Made by a program: the position numbers and the translations under genes
Origin: Fidelibacterota bacterium
GTDB lineage: Bacteria; Fidelibacterota; Marinisomatia; Marinisomatales; S15-B10
Length of the DNA stretch: 44,404 nucleotides
Assembly (NCBI GenBank): GCA_046861655.1
Contig: JBHIAI010000006.1
Span: 1-44,404 of the forward strand
Direction: 5' to 3'
In this document: positions 7,975 through 16,811 of the stretch, piece after piece
Numbering within the stretch: the first letter of the stretch is position 1
Layout of the letters: each line of letters starts with the position of its first letter
Notes under the pieces: model-generated
Database searches by the model: none
Told to the model about the DNA's origin: nothing
What the model saw: only the letters and a program-made list of their open reading frames with translations

Positions 7975-9248
7975 TCGGAACAAACCACATGGCCTCGCCT
8001 GAGAACGTGGTGTTGGTTGGGGTGGTTCATCCTGGCATGGTTCGGGAAACGGTCACGGAACATCTGGATGAGCTGGAGCTTCTGGCCAACACGGCCGGCG
8101 CCCAAGTGGTGGGAAGGTTTGTTCAGAAACGGGAGAAAGTCGATGCCCGCTATTTTGTGGGAAAGGGTAAGGCCATGGAAATCGTGGAACAGGCAAAAGC
8201 CCTCGAGGCCCAGACGGTCATTTTTGACGATGAATTAAGTCCGTCTCAGGTCAGGAGTTTTCTGAAGCTGGCCTCGGACCTGAAGGTCATCGACCGAACG
8301 GGGTTGATCCTGGACATATTCATAAAGCATGCCCGGTCCCGAGAGGCCAAAACGCAGGTGGAACTGGCGCACCTGCAGTACCTGCTTCCCCGGCTCACCC
8401 GGCGCTGGACACACCTGGAAAGACAGATGGGCGGAATCGGAACACGGGCCGGTATGGGAGAAACCCAGATAGAGGTGGACCGGCGGTTGATACGGGACAG
8501 AATTGCCAGGCTCCGCCGGGACCTGGAGAGAATCGACCGGGAAAGGAAAACCCAGAGCAAACGGCGCAAGGAGGTGTTCCGGGTAGCTCTGGCGGGGTAC
8601 ACCAATTCGGGCAAATCCACGCTCATGAATGCCCTCACGGGATCCGATGTGTTTGTGGAAGATCAGCTGTTTGCCACGCTGGATACTACGGTTCGATCCC
8701 TTGAAATGGATTCCGCACACCGGGTTCTCCTGAGTGATTCCGTGGGGTTTATCCGCAAGCTTCCCCATACCCTCGTGGCATCGTTTCAGAGCACTCTGAA
8801 AGAGGTGCTGGACGCGGACCTCCTGCTGATCCTCCTGGACGGCAGTTCCCCGCATATGGAGGACCACCTTCAGACCGTACGGGAAGTCCTCATGGTCATC
8901 GGTGCCCACAAGAAGGAATCCCTGATCGTGGTGAATAAGGTGGATCTCATTGGGGACCCGGCCGTTATCCAGGCGTACCAGTCCCGGTTCCCCCATGCCA
9001 TTTTCATATCCGCTCTCAATCATCTTCGGCTGGATGCCCTCCAGCAGGCGATCGTCCAGGTCATGGACGGTTCCTTCCGCACGGCCACGGTTGTCCTTGA
9101 TCATGCCTCCCCCAGGCAAATATCCTCTGTTTACGACCAGGTTGAGGTACTGGAATCCCGGTACGAAAAGGATGGGGTTCATCTGAAGATTCGGGGAAGC
9201 AGGGCCACGGTAGAAAGGATTAAGGCCCTGTCCAAAGACGGTCTATAG
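7971..9248 (+). CDS. hflX: Ribosome-splitting GTPase HflX
   Basis: GETQIEVDRR, GYTNSGKS, LFATLD, DSVGF and NKVD motifs. GTG 7971 overlaps the upstream TGA; ATG 7989 is an alternative start. Confidence 0.97.
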   Translation: MIGTNHMASPENVVLVGVVHPGMVRETVTEHLDELELLANTAGAQVVGRFVQKREKVDARYFVGKGKAMEIVEQAKALEAQTVIFDDELSPSQVRSFLKLASDLKVIDRTGLILDIFIKHARSREAKTQVELAHLQYLLPRLTRRWTHLERQMGGIGTRAGMGETQIEVDRRLIRDRIARLRRDLERIDRERKTQSKRRKEVFRVALAGYTNSGKSTLMNALTGSDVFVEDQLFATLDTTVRSLEMDSAHRVLLSDSVGFIRKLPHTLVASFQSTLKEVLDADLLLILLDGSSPHMEDHLQTVREVLMVIGAHKKESLIVVNKVDLIGDPAVIQAYQSRFPHAIFISALNHLRLDALQQAIVQVMDGSFRTATVVLDHASPRQISSVYDQVEVLESRYEKDGVHLKIRGSRATVERIKALSKDGL

Positions 9249-9324
9249 AAAAATCCCCACAGCTGGTGAGCGTTTTAGGAAACCGGATTTATCACGGTGG
9301 GTACCTCCCGGATGGATCAAACTT

Positions 9325-9358
9325 CCTTTACCCCGCCACGGCGGGGAAGGCCTGTTTT
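9325..9358 (+). terminator. GC hairpin downstream of hflX (terminator or REP-like)
   Basis: CCCCGCC-AC-GGCGGGG (9331-9346) extended by CCTT/AAGG, followed by CCTGTTTT. Confidence 0.45.
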
Positions 9359-9543
9359 CCTCACCCGGAGTACAGTTCCCATTGTTTCTTATTGAAGGTT
9401 CCAAAATGCTGGCACCAACCGGGGGAATTTTTCAAACAGCGTATTGTAATATTAGCCGATATTTTCCACATATGAAAGGGAAGAGTACCCCTGCTTCCGT
9501 GCCACCAGATCTGAGAATGGTGGGATAGCACGCCGAGGACTTC

Positions 9544-10974
9544 GTGTATTTCTGGACAGTCACAATCTATCTATTCATCCTCATCGCTGTGGGTGCTTGG
9601 CGCAGCCGCATGGTGAAAACACAGTCCGATTTTTTTGTGGCCGGTCGCCGGATGGGATCCTTTGTTCTGGTGGGAACGCTGCTGGCCACCTGGATCGGAA
9701 CCGGCAGTATTTTTGGCAATGCAGAGAAAACCTACGAGGTGGGCCTCGTGGGCCTCGTCCTGCCTCTTGCAGGTGTATCAGGGATCGCCATTCTGTCCTT
9801 TGTGGCCGGCCGTGCCCGTCGCTTTGAAGGTTTCACCGTTCAGGACATCCTGGAGGCCCGGTATAACAAGTTTGCCAGGATATTTGGCACCGTAACCGTG
9901 GTGATTGCCTATACCACCATAGTGTCCTACCAGTTCCGGGCGGGAGGTGCCGTCCTTCGTATCATCTATCCCGACCTGGATCCCCAGGGGGCGGTGATTG
10001 TTGCCGCCGTCTTCGTGGTGGCCTATACCGCTCTTGCCGGCATGATATCGGTGGCGTACACCGATGTGGTGAACGGGATACTGATGATTGTGGGACTGGC
10101 CGTTTCGCTTCCCGTTCTCATTCTCAAGACCGGGTCACTGGGCGGCATGCGGGCCCTGGTACCCCCGGACCATTTTCAGATAGTGGGCAGGCTTCCGGGT
10201 TTCGAAATCGTGGGACTCCTCCTGCCGGCCTTTCTTTTGGTCCTGGGGGATGCGAATATGTATCAGCGCTTCTTTTCGGCCAGGGACGAAGGGACCGCCA
10301 GGAAGGCAACCGTCTGGCTGGTGATCGGGGTGGCGGTGGTGGAGATCATGATCATCCTAAACGTCTTTTTCGCCTCGGGTCTTCACCCGGACCTCGAACA
10401 TCCGGGACATATCCTTCTCAGTGCCGCTTTTGTTGACCTCCCCACCTTCCAGGGAGCTCTCCTACTGGCCACCATCGTGGCCATCGTGGTTTCCACCGCG
10501 GACTCCTACCTTCTCGTACCCGCCACAAGCCTGGTCAACGACGTTTATAAGCGGTTTATGAAACCCAAAGCCTCAGGAAAGGAAATTGTTGTCCTTTCGC
10601 GGCTGGTTGTGGTCATCCTGGGAGGGGCCGCTTACCTCCTGTCAACCCTGGAGGACAGATTCCTGGCGGTAGCCTTGTACGCCTATACCGTCTACGGCGC
10701 AGGGATCACTCCCAGTCTTCTGGCTGCCTTCTTCTGGAAACGGGCGTCCACCGCAGGGGCACTCTCTTCCATCGTCTCTGGAACCGTCGCCACGGTGGTG
10801 TGGAAGAATTTTGGGATGGATCAGTCGGTGCCGGAACTCCTGGGATTTCCCGCGGGGACGGTTGTGGACGCCGTCATTCCGGCCGTAGGCGTCTCTCTCG
10901 TCATGCTGGTGGGAGTCAGCCTGCTCACAAAACCCTCCAAGGACAGCCGTCAGCTGAGATTCGAGCCTCGGTGA
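9544..10974 (+). CDS. Sodium:solute symporter (SSF) family transporter
   Basis: DFFVAGR, ATWIG, AYTDV, MYQRFFSA and STADS motifs; about 13 TM segments; SD GAGGA. Confidence 0.93.
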   Translation: MYFWTVTIYLFILIAVGAWRSRMVKTQSDFFVAGRRMGSFVLVGTLLATWIGTGSIFGNAEKTYEVGLVGLVLPLAGVSGIAILSFVAGRARRFEGFTVQDILEARYNKFARIFGTVTVVIAYTTIVSYQFRAGGAVLRIIYPDLDPQGAVIVAAVFVVAYTALAGMISVAYTDVVNGILMIVGLAVSLPVLILKTGSLGGMRALVPPDHFQIVGRLPGFEIVGLLLPAFLLVLGDANMYQRFFSARDEGTARKATVWLVIGVAVVEIMIILNVFFASGLHPDLEHPGHILLSAAFVDLPTFQGALLLATIVAIVVSTADSYLLVPATSLVNDVYKRFMKPKASGKEIVVLSRLVVVILGGAAYLLSTLEDRFLAVALYAYTVYGAGITPSLLAAFFWKRASTAGALSSIVSGTVATVVWKNFGMDQSVPELLGFPAGTVVDAVIPAVGVSLVMLVGVSLLTKPSKDSRQLRFEPR

Positions 10975-11127
10975 ATAGACACCTCCGTACCTTTCTTCTC
11001 CGGTCTGGATTTCATCCCGAACGGTCGTCCTGGATCGTATCCCTGTGACGGACTTCAATGGGTGCCTGGCTTCCAGAATCCGTTTTGACTCCGCCGGTGA
11101 AAATTGTTTTCCTCATCATTTAGAGGA

Positions 11128-11772
11128 TTAGACCTTGGCGACCATGGGTGGGTTGTATTCCGAGGGCCGGGTGTGAGGGAGGGGATTGAGCGCTCGCCGG
11201 TAGTATTCGAAAGTTTTTCCCGTTCCATGCCAGTTTTGAAAGCGCTGGAGTATCCGAACGCCGCCCGAGAATCTCTGCGAAATGCCCTCACGGACATGGC
11301 CGGAAACGAACTGGAAGCCCTTCTTCTTGGCCCAGCTCAGATAGACCCGCTTTAGAGTCTTGGCATAGCCGTTTCCCTTAAACTTCTTCAGAACAGCAAA
11401 GGCATAGGTGTAGAGGGTGTTCTTCTTACCCATATTCGAATCGCACTGGAACGAAGGATCGTTCGAGAAATATTCAAGAGGGACCCCGATGATATAGCCT
11501 ATGATCTCCCCGTTGTTCCGGGCAATAAACGGCAGAGTATGGGGGTAGTTGAAATACTTGCGAATGGCTGACTTGGTGAGTCTTGCGGATTCATTGAACT
11601 CTTCCACCAGGTGTTCAGATATGAGGATAAGCTGTGGAATATCTTCGTCTCCCACCTGCTCCATAAGTTCAATCTGAAAGTTGAAGGAGGACGAAGCGAT
11701 CACCCGGGATCGGGTGGATTGGGCGATTTCCAGGGTTAACTGTTCAGGGCGTCCTGCTTCGGAATCCTTCAT
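11128..11772 (-). CDS. GNAT-family N-acetyltransferase
   Basis: IIGYIIG strand and acetyl-CoA motif A (FAVLKKFKGNGYAKTL); has its own divergent promoter. Confidence 0.75.
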   Translation of the reverse strand: MKDSEAGRPEQLTLEIAQSTRSRVIASSSFNFQIELMEQVGDEDIPQLILISEHLVEEFNESARLTKSAIRKYFNYPHTLPFIARNNGEIIGYIIGVPLEYFSNDPSFQCDSNMGKKNTLYTYAFAVLKKFKGNGYAKTLKRVYLSWAKKKGFQFVSGHVREGISQRFSGGVRILQRFQNWHGTGKTFEYYRRALNPLPHTRPSEYNPPMVAKV

Positions 11773-11796
11773 TCTTCGTCTCTCTGTCCACCGCTT

Positions 11797-11826
11797 AGAA
11801 TAAGACGGGATTCATTACATAGGCAA
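11797..11826 (-). promoter_or_regulatory. Promoter TTGCCT-18-TATTCT for the GNAT gene
   Basis: Reverse-strand hexamers at 11826-11821 and 11802-11797. Confidence 0.45.
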
Positions 11827-11851
11827 TCCATTTTGTTCCCGGTGGTTTCAA

Positions 11852-11880
11852 TTGTATCTCCTTGGCCGCAACCGTAATTT
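11852..11880 (+). promoter_or_regulatory. Promoter TTGTAT-17-TAATTT for pyrF-pyrE
   Basis: TTGTAT 11852-57, TAATTT 11875-80; the GTG start begins at the 9th nt after the -10. Confidence 0.65.
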
Positions 11881-11888
11881 TTCTCCCA

Positions 11889-12734
11889 GTGAGATCATTT
11901 TCCGACATCCTTTCAGAGGAAGTCGAATCTACCCGCTCCCGGTTGTGTGTTGGACTCGATGTTGACCGGGCAAGGTTGAGATCGTCCGGCGGTAGCGATC
12001 TTCGTCCCTTGGTGGATTTCACCCGGATGGTGGTTGAATCCACTCTGGAGTACGCCGTGGCGTACAAGTTGAACTTTGCCTTTTTTGAGCGGTACGGGAA
12101 GCGAGGGCTCCAGTGGTTGGAGGACTTGCTGGGCCACATCGATGGACGGCGTCTCACGGTGGCCGATGCCAAGAGGGGGGACATTGCCAACTCGGCCAAA
12201 CACTATGCGTTTTCCTTGTTCGATGGATTTGGGTTTGACGCTGTTACGGTCAATCCCTATATGGGCCGCGATGCCATAGAACCGTTCCTACAAACCCCGG
12301 AAAGAGGGGTCTTTGTCATCTGTCTGACATCCAATGAAGGCGCATCGGACCTACAATTGTTGCGGGTAGACGGGGATCCCCTGTACGGAAAAGTGATCGA
12401 TCTGGTGAAATCCGTAAACCGCAACCGGAACTGCGGCCTTGTTGTCGGGGCCACAAGAAGTGACGAACTCCGGAGGATTCGACAGCGGGCCGGCGACATG
12501 CCTTTACTCATCCCGGGTGTGGGCAGTCAGGGAGGTGATTTGGCAACAAGCGTTCGAGAAGGCAACCGGGGAGGTGTGGCCCTGATAACAGTTTCCCGGT
12601 CACTTCTTTACTCGGGGGAAAAGGGCGAACGGGCCCTTGCGGAAAGGGCCAGGCGCCTTCGCGATGACATACGTCGCCTCCTGGACCGCCCATCCTCGTC
12701 ACCGGGTGGCGGCCTCTCTTCGGGCGATCGATAA
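11889..12734 (+). CDS. pyrF: Orotidine-5'-phosphate decarboxylase (type 2)
   Basis: LCVGLD, YKLNFAFFE, DAKRGDI, TVNPYMG, GLVVGAT and LIPGVGSQGG motifs. I prefer GTG 11889 because the ORF-track start overlaps the promoter. Confidence 0.95.
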   Translation: MRSFSDILSEEVESTRSRLCVGLDVDRARLRSSGGSDLRPLVDFTRMVVESTLEYAVAYKLNFAFFERYGKRGLQWLEDLLGHIDGRRLTVADAKRGDIANSAKHYAFSLFDGFGFDAVTVNPYMGRDAIEPFLQTPERGVFVICLTSNEGASDLQLLRVDGDPLYGKVIDLVKSVNRNRNCGLVVGATRSDELRRIRQRAGDMPLLIPGVGSQGGDLATSVREGNRGGVALITVSRSLLYSGEKGERALAERARRLRDDIRRLLDRPSSSPGGGLSSGDR

Positions 12735-12735
12735 C

Positions 12736-13305
12736 GTGCAGGATGTTCTGGAGTTGCTGACCTCCCGGGGGGCGATTCTGGAGGGACATTTTCTCCTGAC
12801 CTCCGGGAAGCACAGCGATGTGTATCTGGAAAAATTCCGGGTCCTGGAGGATCCGGAGGTTGTGGATCGGGTGGGTGGGCTTCTGGCTGATGGTTTTTCT
12901 GGTGGAAACGTCACAGCGGTGCTGGGGGCTGCAGTGGGAGGTATCCTCCTGAGTCATGCCGCCGCAAAGGCCCTGGGGACCCGGGGGATTTTCGCTGAAC
13001 GGGTGGAGGGCAAACTGTCCCTGCGGCGGGGGTTTCAGCTGTCGGGGTCCGATGCCGTTCTGATCGTTGAAGACGTTGTTACAACGGGGGGGTCGGTGCG
13101 GGAGCTGATGGATTTGGCCCGGAAACGGAAGGCTCGTGTCGCGGGCGTTTCCTGCCTGGTGGACAGAAGCCCCGGGGGGATATCCTTTGACATACGGACC
13201 CGCGTCCTGGTGAGATATCCGGCGCAAACCTGGGAGGAGGACTCCTGCCCCCTCTGCAGGAAGGGGATTCCCCTGGAGCTCAGGGGGAGTGTGGGAAAAT
13301 CGTAA
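12736..13305 (+). CDS. pyrE: Orotate phosphoribosyltransferase
   Basis: GHFLLTSGKHS, PRPP motif VEDVVTTGGS, CPLC tail; GTG immediately after the pyrF stop. Confidence 0.95.
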   Translation: MQDVLELLTSRGAILEGHFLLTSGKHSDVYLEKFRVLEDPEVVDRVGGLLADGFSGGNVTAVLGAAVGGILLSHAAAKALGTRGIFAERVEGKLSLRRGFQLSGSDAVLIVEDVVTTGGSVRELMDLARKRKARVAGVSCLVDRSPGGISFDIRTRVLVRYPAQTWEEDSCPLCRKGIPLELRGSVGKS

Positions 13306-14221
13306 CTTGAGAATCGGAATGGCCCTTTCAGGCGGCGGGGCCCGGGGTGTGGCTCACCTCGGCGTTCTGCAGGTCCTCCACGAGAACAACAACCCTCTTC
13401 ATAACCTGGCTGGCAGCTCAGACGGGGCAGTGGCGGGGGCTAGGTACGCGGCCACTCTGGATCCGGAATGGATGGAGAATCGCTACAGAGAATTCGTGAA
13501 AAGTGACGTGTTCAAGGCGTTGCGGTCGGACCGCCTCGTAAGATCCTCACCCACGGGGGAACCTGAATCATTTTTCAGTCAGATCGGCAGGATGGTGAAA
13601 GACAAGCTGGTGATCACGATTGCCCTGGGACGCCAGGGTGTCATAGCCCAGGATAAACTGGAAGAGGTCATGCGGTTCCTTCTTCCCGTCAAGGATTTTT
13701 CCGATTTGATGATTTCCCTTAAGGTGATGGTTACCGATCTGAACACAGGGCGGGATCTGGCCGTGTCCGAGGGCGATCTTGTGGAGGCCGTGGTTCAAAG
13801 CGCTTCCATTCCGGGGTACATGTGGCCGTGGAAAAAGAACGGTCAGATCTTGATGGATGGCGGCGTCAGTTGTCCCGTCCCTATAAACGCCTTGCTAAAT
13901 TCCGGGGTGGACTTTACAATTGCGGTCGATATCGGCCGAAGGAAGATGACAATGCTGGAGAATCTCAACGTGGTGACTGTCATCGAGAGGGCGGAACAGA
14001 TAACCCTGAACAGGCTCTCGGATGAACTGGCCGGGAAGGCCGACATCGTGATCCAACCCGAAGTGTCGGGCGCACACTGGGCTGAATTCGAACGACTCGA
14101 AGAGTTCCTGGAAAACGGACGTCAGGCGGCCTCGGACGCTCTGCCTCTCCTCCGGGAACAACTGGCCCGAAGACGGCGGTGGCGGTACCGCTTCCGTCGT
14201 TGGCTGAGAGATAACGTATGA
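13289..14221 (+). CDS. Patatin-like phospholipase
   Basis: ALSGGGARG, GSSxG nucleophile elbow, SASIPG and DGG motifs. Confidence 0.92.
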   Translation: MWENRNLRIGMALSGGGARGVAHLGVLQVLHENNNPLHNLAGSSDGAVAGARYAATLDPEWMENRYREFVKSDVFKALRSDRLVRSSPTGEPESFFSQIGRMVKDKLVITIALGRQGVIAQDKLEEVMRFLLPVKDFSDLMISLKVMVTDLNTGRDLAVSEGDLVEAVVQSASIPGYMWPWKKNGQILMDGGVSCPVPINALLNSGVDFTIAVDIGRRKMTMLENLNVVTVIERAEQITLNRLSDELAGKADIVIQPEVSGAHWAEFERLEEFLENGRQAASDALPLLREQLARRRRWRYRFRRWLRDNV

Positions 14222-16140
14222 TGATGACCAGGGGTTTTCGAGGTGTACTCACCGGGATAACGCTCCTGATGGGGACGGGCGCTGTCTCGGGACAGGGGGA
14301 CTTTCCTGTTCAGGTTTCTGCCTGGGTGAAACCGGACCGGGTGCGGGCAGGCGAGGTTGTTACCGTTTTCACCGAAGCCGTCATGGATCACGACTGGCAC
14401 ATATACGCCATGAACAAGATCTCAGAGGGACCCGTTCCATCCAGAATCACGGTGACCGGTGAAGGTGTGGTGGAGGTAGTGGGAAGGACGGAAGAACCGG
14501 AGCCCATCACACGATTCGATGAGGGGTTCCAGAAGGAAACTCATTTTCATGAGGGGTCTGTCACTTTTGAGACACCGGTGAGAATCTCCTCCTCTCTGGA
14601 ACCCGGGGACTATTCCCTCGCTGTCAGCCTCCTGTATCAGGCCTGCGATCCCTCCATCTGCTATCCGCCAAGGACCGAAACTCACGAACTCGCGTTTCGC
14701 GTGGAACCGGGGGAGGCCCGGCCTGAGAGGACCCAGATCGTGGCCGCCGCCGGTCCCGTTCCGGGCAACGGCGACATCGACCTGCAGGCGGCCAGGAATG
14801 CGGGACTGGGGCCCTATTTGCTCCTGGCCATCTCCATGGGATTCCTGGCCCTTTTGACACCCTGTGTGTTTCCCATGATTCCCATCACCGTTTCTTACTT
14901 TACCAAACGGGAGGCCACCCGGAAAAAGGCCGTGTCGGATGCGGCCCTCTACGGGATCGGAATCGTTCTTACCTTTACCCTCATCGGCTTCATCCTGACC
15001 TTCATATTCGGAGCAGGGGGCATCAATCGCCTGGCTGCCAGTCCCGTCATCAACGCCCTCATCGCCCTCATTTTCATTGTCTTTGCCTTCAGTCTCTTCG
15101 GACTGTTAGAGATTCGTCTTCCGTCCAGCTGGGTCAACGCCCTCAATCGTAGGTCCACCGCCAGCAGGGGGATCATGGGGATCCTGTTAATGGCGGTCAC
15201 TTTTTCCATGACCACCTTCACCTGTACCGTCCCCTTTGTGGGTACGGTTATGGTCGCCGCTCTTCAGGGGGACCTGGTGTGGTCCCTGGTAGGAGTAACC
15301 GCCTTTGCCACGGTGTTTGCCGTTCCGTTCTTCCTTCTGGCTCTGTTTCCCTCTTGGCTGAGATCGCTCCCCAAGAGCGGAAACTGGATGAACTCCATCA
15401 AGATAACCATGGGGTTTCTTGAACTGGCCGCCGCCATGAAGTTCGTCAGCAACGTTGACCTGGTATTCCAGTGGGAATTGATCACTCGCCCTGTGTTCAT
15501 CATCGTCTGGGTGGCCATAGCCGCTATCATCGCCTACTACCTGCTGGGAAGATTCAGGTTTCCCCACGAAGGGGTGACTGAGACCGTTGGCGGCATCCGG
15601 GTGACTTTCTCCATCTTCTTCCTGGCTACCTCCCTCTACCTGTCCCGGGGGCTTCTGGGCTTTCCATTGGGTGAACTGGACGCGTTCTTGCCGCCCCGGG
15701 ATTACGGAAATCCTGCCGCGATTTCCCTGTTTGGGCAGTCGTATAATCCTCAGGAGCAAGAGTGGCACAGCGACTATGAGGCAGCCCTTTCCGTTGCCGG
15801 AGAACGGGGCAAACCGGTGTTTATCGATTTCACTGGCTACACCTGTACCAATTGCCGCTGGATGGAATCGAACATATTCTCCCGCCCCGAAGTCCAGGCC
15901 CTCTTCGAGAAATTTGTTCTGGTTCGACTGTACACGGACGGGATGCAACCCGAACACAAAGCGAATCTGAAATTCGAGCAGGAGCGTTTCGGTACCATCG
16001 CCCTTCCTCTGTACGCCATCATGTCCCAGGATGACCAGATCCTCGGCACCTTCCCCGGCCTGACCCGGGACGCGGACGAGTTCATCGGATTCCTGAACAG
16101 GGGACTTTCGGCCAACCAAGTGGTGGTGTATGGGGATTGA
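14218..16140 (+). CDS. dsbD: Thiol:disulfide interchange protein DsbD
   Basis: N-domain YQACDPSIC, TM domain LTPCVFPMIP and FTCTVP, C-terminal thioredoxin FTGYTCTNC. Confidence 0.92.
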   Translation: MMMTRGFRGVLTGITLLMGTGAVSGQGDFPVQVSAWVKPDRVRAGEVVTVFTEAVMDHDWHIYAMNKISEGPVPSRITVTGEGVVEVVGRTEEPEPITRFDEGFQKETHFHEGSVTFETPVRISSSLEPGDYSLAVSLLYQACDPSICYPPRTETHELAFRVEPGEARPERTQIVAAAGPVPGNGDIDLQAARNAGLGPYLLLAISMGFLALLTPCVFPMIPITVSYFTKREATRKKAVSDAALYGIGIVLTFTLIGFILTFIFGAGGINRLAASPVINALIALIFIVFAFSLFGLLEIRLPSSWVNALNRRSTASRGIMGILLMAVTFSMTTFTCTVPFVGTVMVAALQGDLVWSLVGVTAFATVFAVPFFLLALFPSWLRSLPKSGNWMNSIKITMGFLELAAAMKFVSNVDLVFQWELITRPVFIIVWVAIAAIIAYYLLGRFRFPHEGVTETVGGIRVTFSIFFLATSLYLSRGLLGFPLGELDAFLPPRDYGNPAAISLFGQSYNPQEQEWHSDYEAALSVAGERGKPVFIDFTGYTCTNCRWMESNIFSRPEVQALFEKFVLVRLYTDGMQPEHKANLKFEQERFGTIALPLYAIMSQDDQILGTFPGLTRDADEFIGFLNRGLSANQVVVYGD

Positions 16141-16744
16141 ATCTCAGTCCACTCCCCGTGATGAGATGGGATCGGGGGAGAAAAACAGGAACGATATGAT
16201 GAATCCGGGTAAAGCGGGAATCGTGGTGCTGGGTGTTGTGGTTCTACTGATCGGAGGAATCCTCCTTTCCACAGACAGGAACGGCGGTCGTCCGGGGTCC
16301 AGACTGGAACCGCCATCGGGAGGCAACCCCTTCATAGGGAAGATCGCACCGGACTTCCAGCTTGCGGATGTAGAAGGCAATCAGGTATCTCTGACCGATC
16401 TACAAGGAAAGGTGGTCGTGATCAATTTCTGGGCCACTTGGTGTGCCCCTTGCCGGGAGGAGATTCCGGGCTTCGTGAAACTGCAGGACAAATACGGGGA
16501 TGATCTGGCCATTGTGGGCATCTCCATGGACCTGGACGGTCCCGCGGTGGTTCCCCAGTTCGTGGAGGATTTCGGTATTAACTACATCATCCTGTATGGG
16601 GACGAAGCGGTCTCCCGGGCGTACGGCGGTATCACAGGTATCCCCACTTCTTTCGTCCTGGACAGGAATCTTGTGGTCCGGCGAGTCTACATTGGATACC
16701 GGCCAGATCATCAATTCGAGCAGGATATTGAGTCTCTTATCTGA
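16130..16744 (+). CDS. TlpA/ResA-family membrane-anchored thioredoxin
   Basis: APDFQL, NFWATWCAPC and GIPT motifs; N-terminal TM. The real start may be ATG 16196 (AGGA SD). Confidence 0.92.
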   Translation: MGIESQSTPRDEMGSGEKNRNDMMNPGKAGIVVLGVVVLLIGGILLSTDRNGGRPGSRLEPPSGGNPFIGKIAPDFQLADVEGNQVSLTDLQGKVVVINFWATWCAPCREEIPGFVKLQDKYGDDLAIVGISMDLDGPAVVPQFVEDFGINYIILYGDEAVSRAYGGITGIPTSFVLDRNLVVRRVYIGYRPDHQFEQDIESLI

Positions 16745-16767
16745 GTCATTTTCGACACCTCCGAACG

Positions 16768-16804
16768 AAAAAGAAGCCGGTCTTTACGCGAACCGGCTTT
16801 TTTT
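16768..16804 (+). terminator. Intrinsic terminator-like hairpin after tlpA (possibly bidirectional)
   Basis: AAGCCGGT(16774-81)/ACCGGCTT(16792-99), with an A-tract before and a 7-T tract (16798-16804) after. Confidence 0.6.
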
Positions 16805-16811
16805 CTGGAGG

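Noticed and set aside
9266..9475. 69-aa ORF between hflX and the symporter
   Set aside because: No SD or recognisable motif, and it runs through a terminator-like hairpin and AT-rich promoter-type DNA.
9505..9535. TPP riboswitch (CTGAGA)
   Set aside because: The GGGGUGC and ACCUGAU...GCGxAGG elements are absent.
13380..13450. Diversity-generating retroelement target
   Set aside because: No reverse transcriptase or template repeat in the window; the changes affect coding-strand T in a catalytic core rather than A in a C-terminal variable region.
16500..16787. N-terminal ~100-aa extension of the M1 peptidase in the ORF track
   Set aside because: It overlaps tlpA out of frame, looks non-protein-like and precedes the signal peptide.
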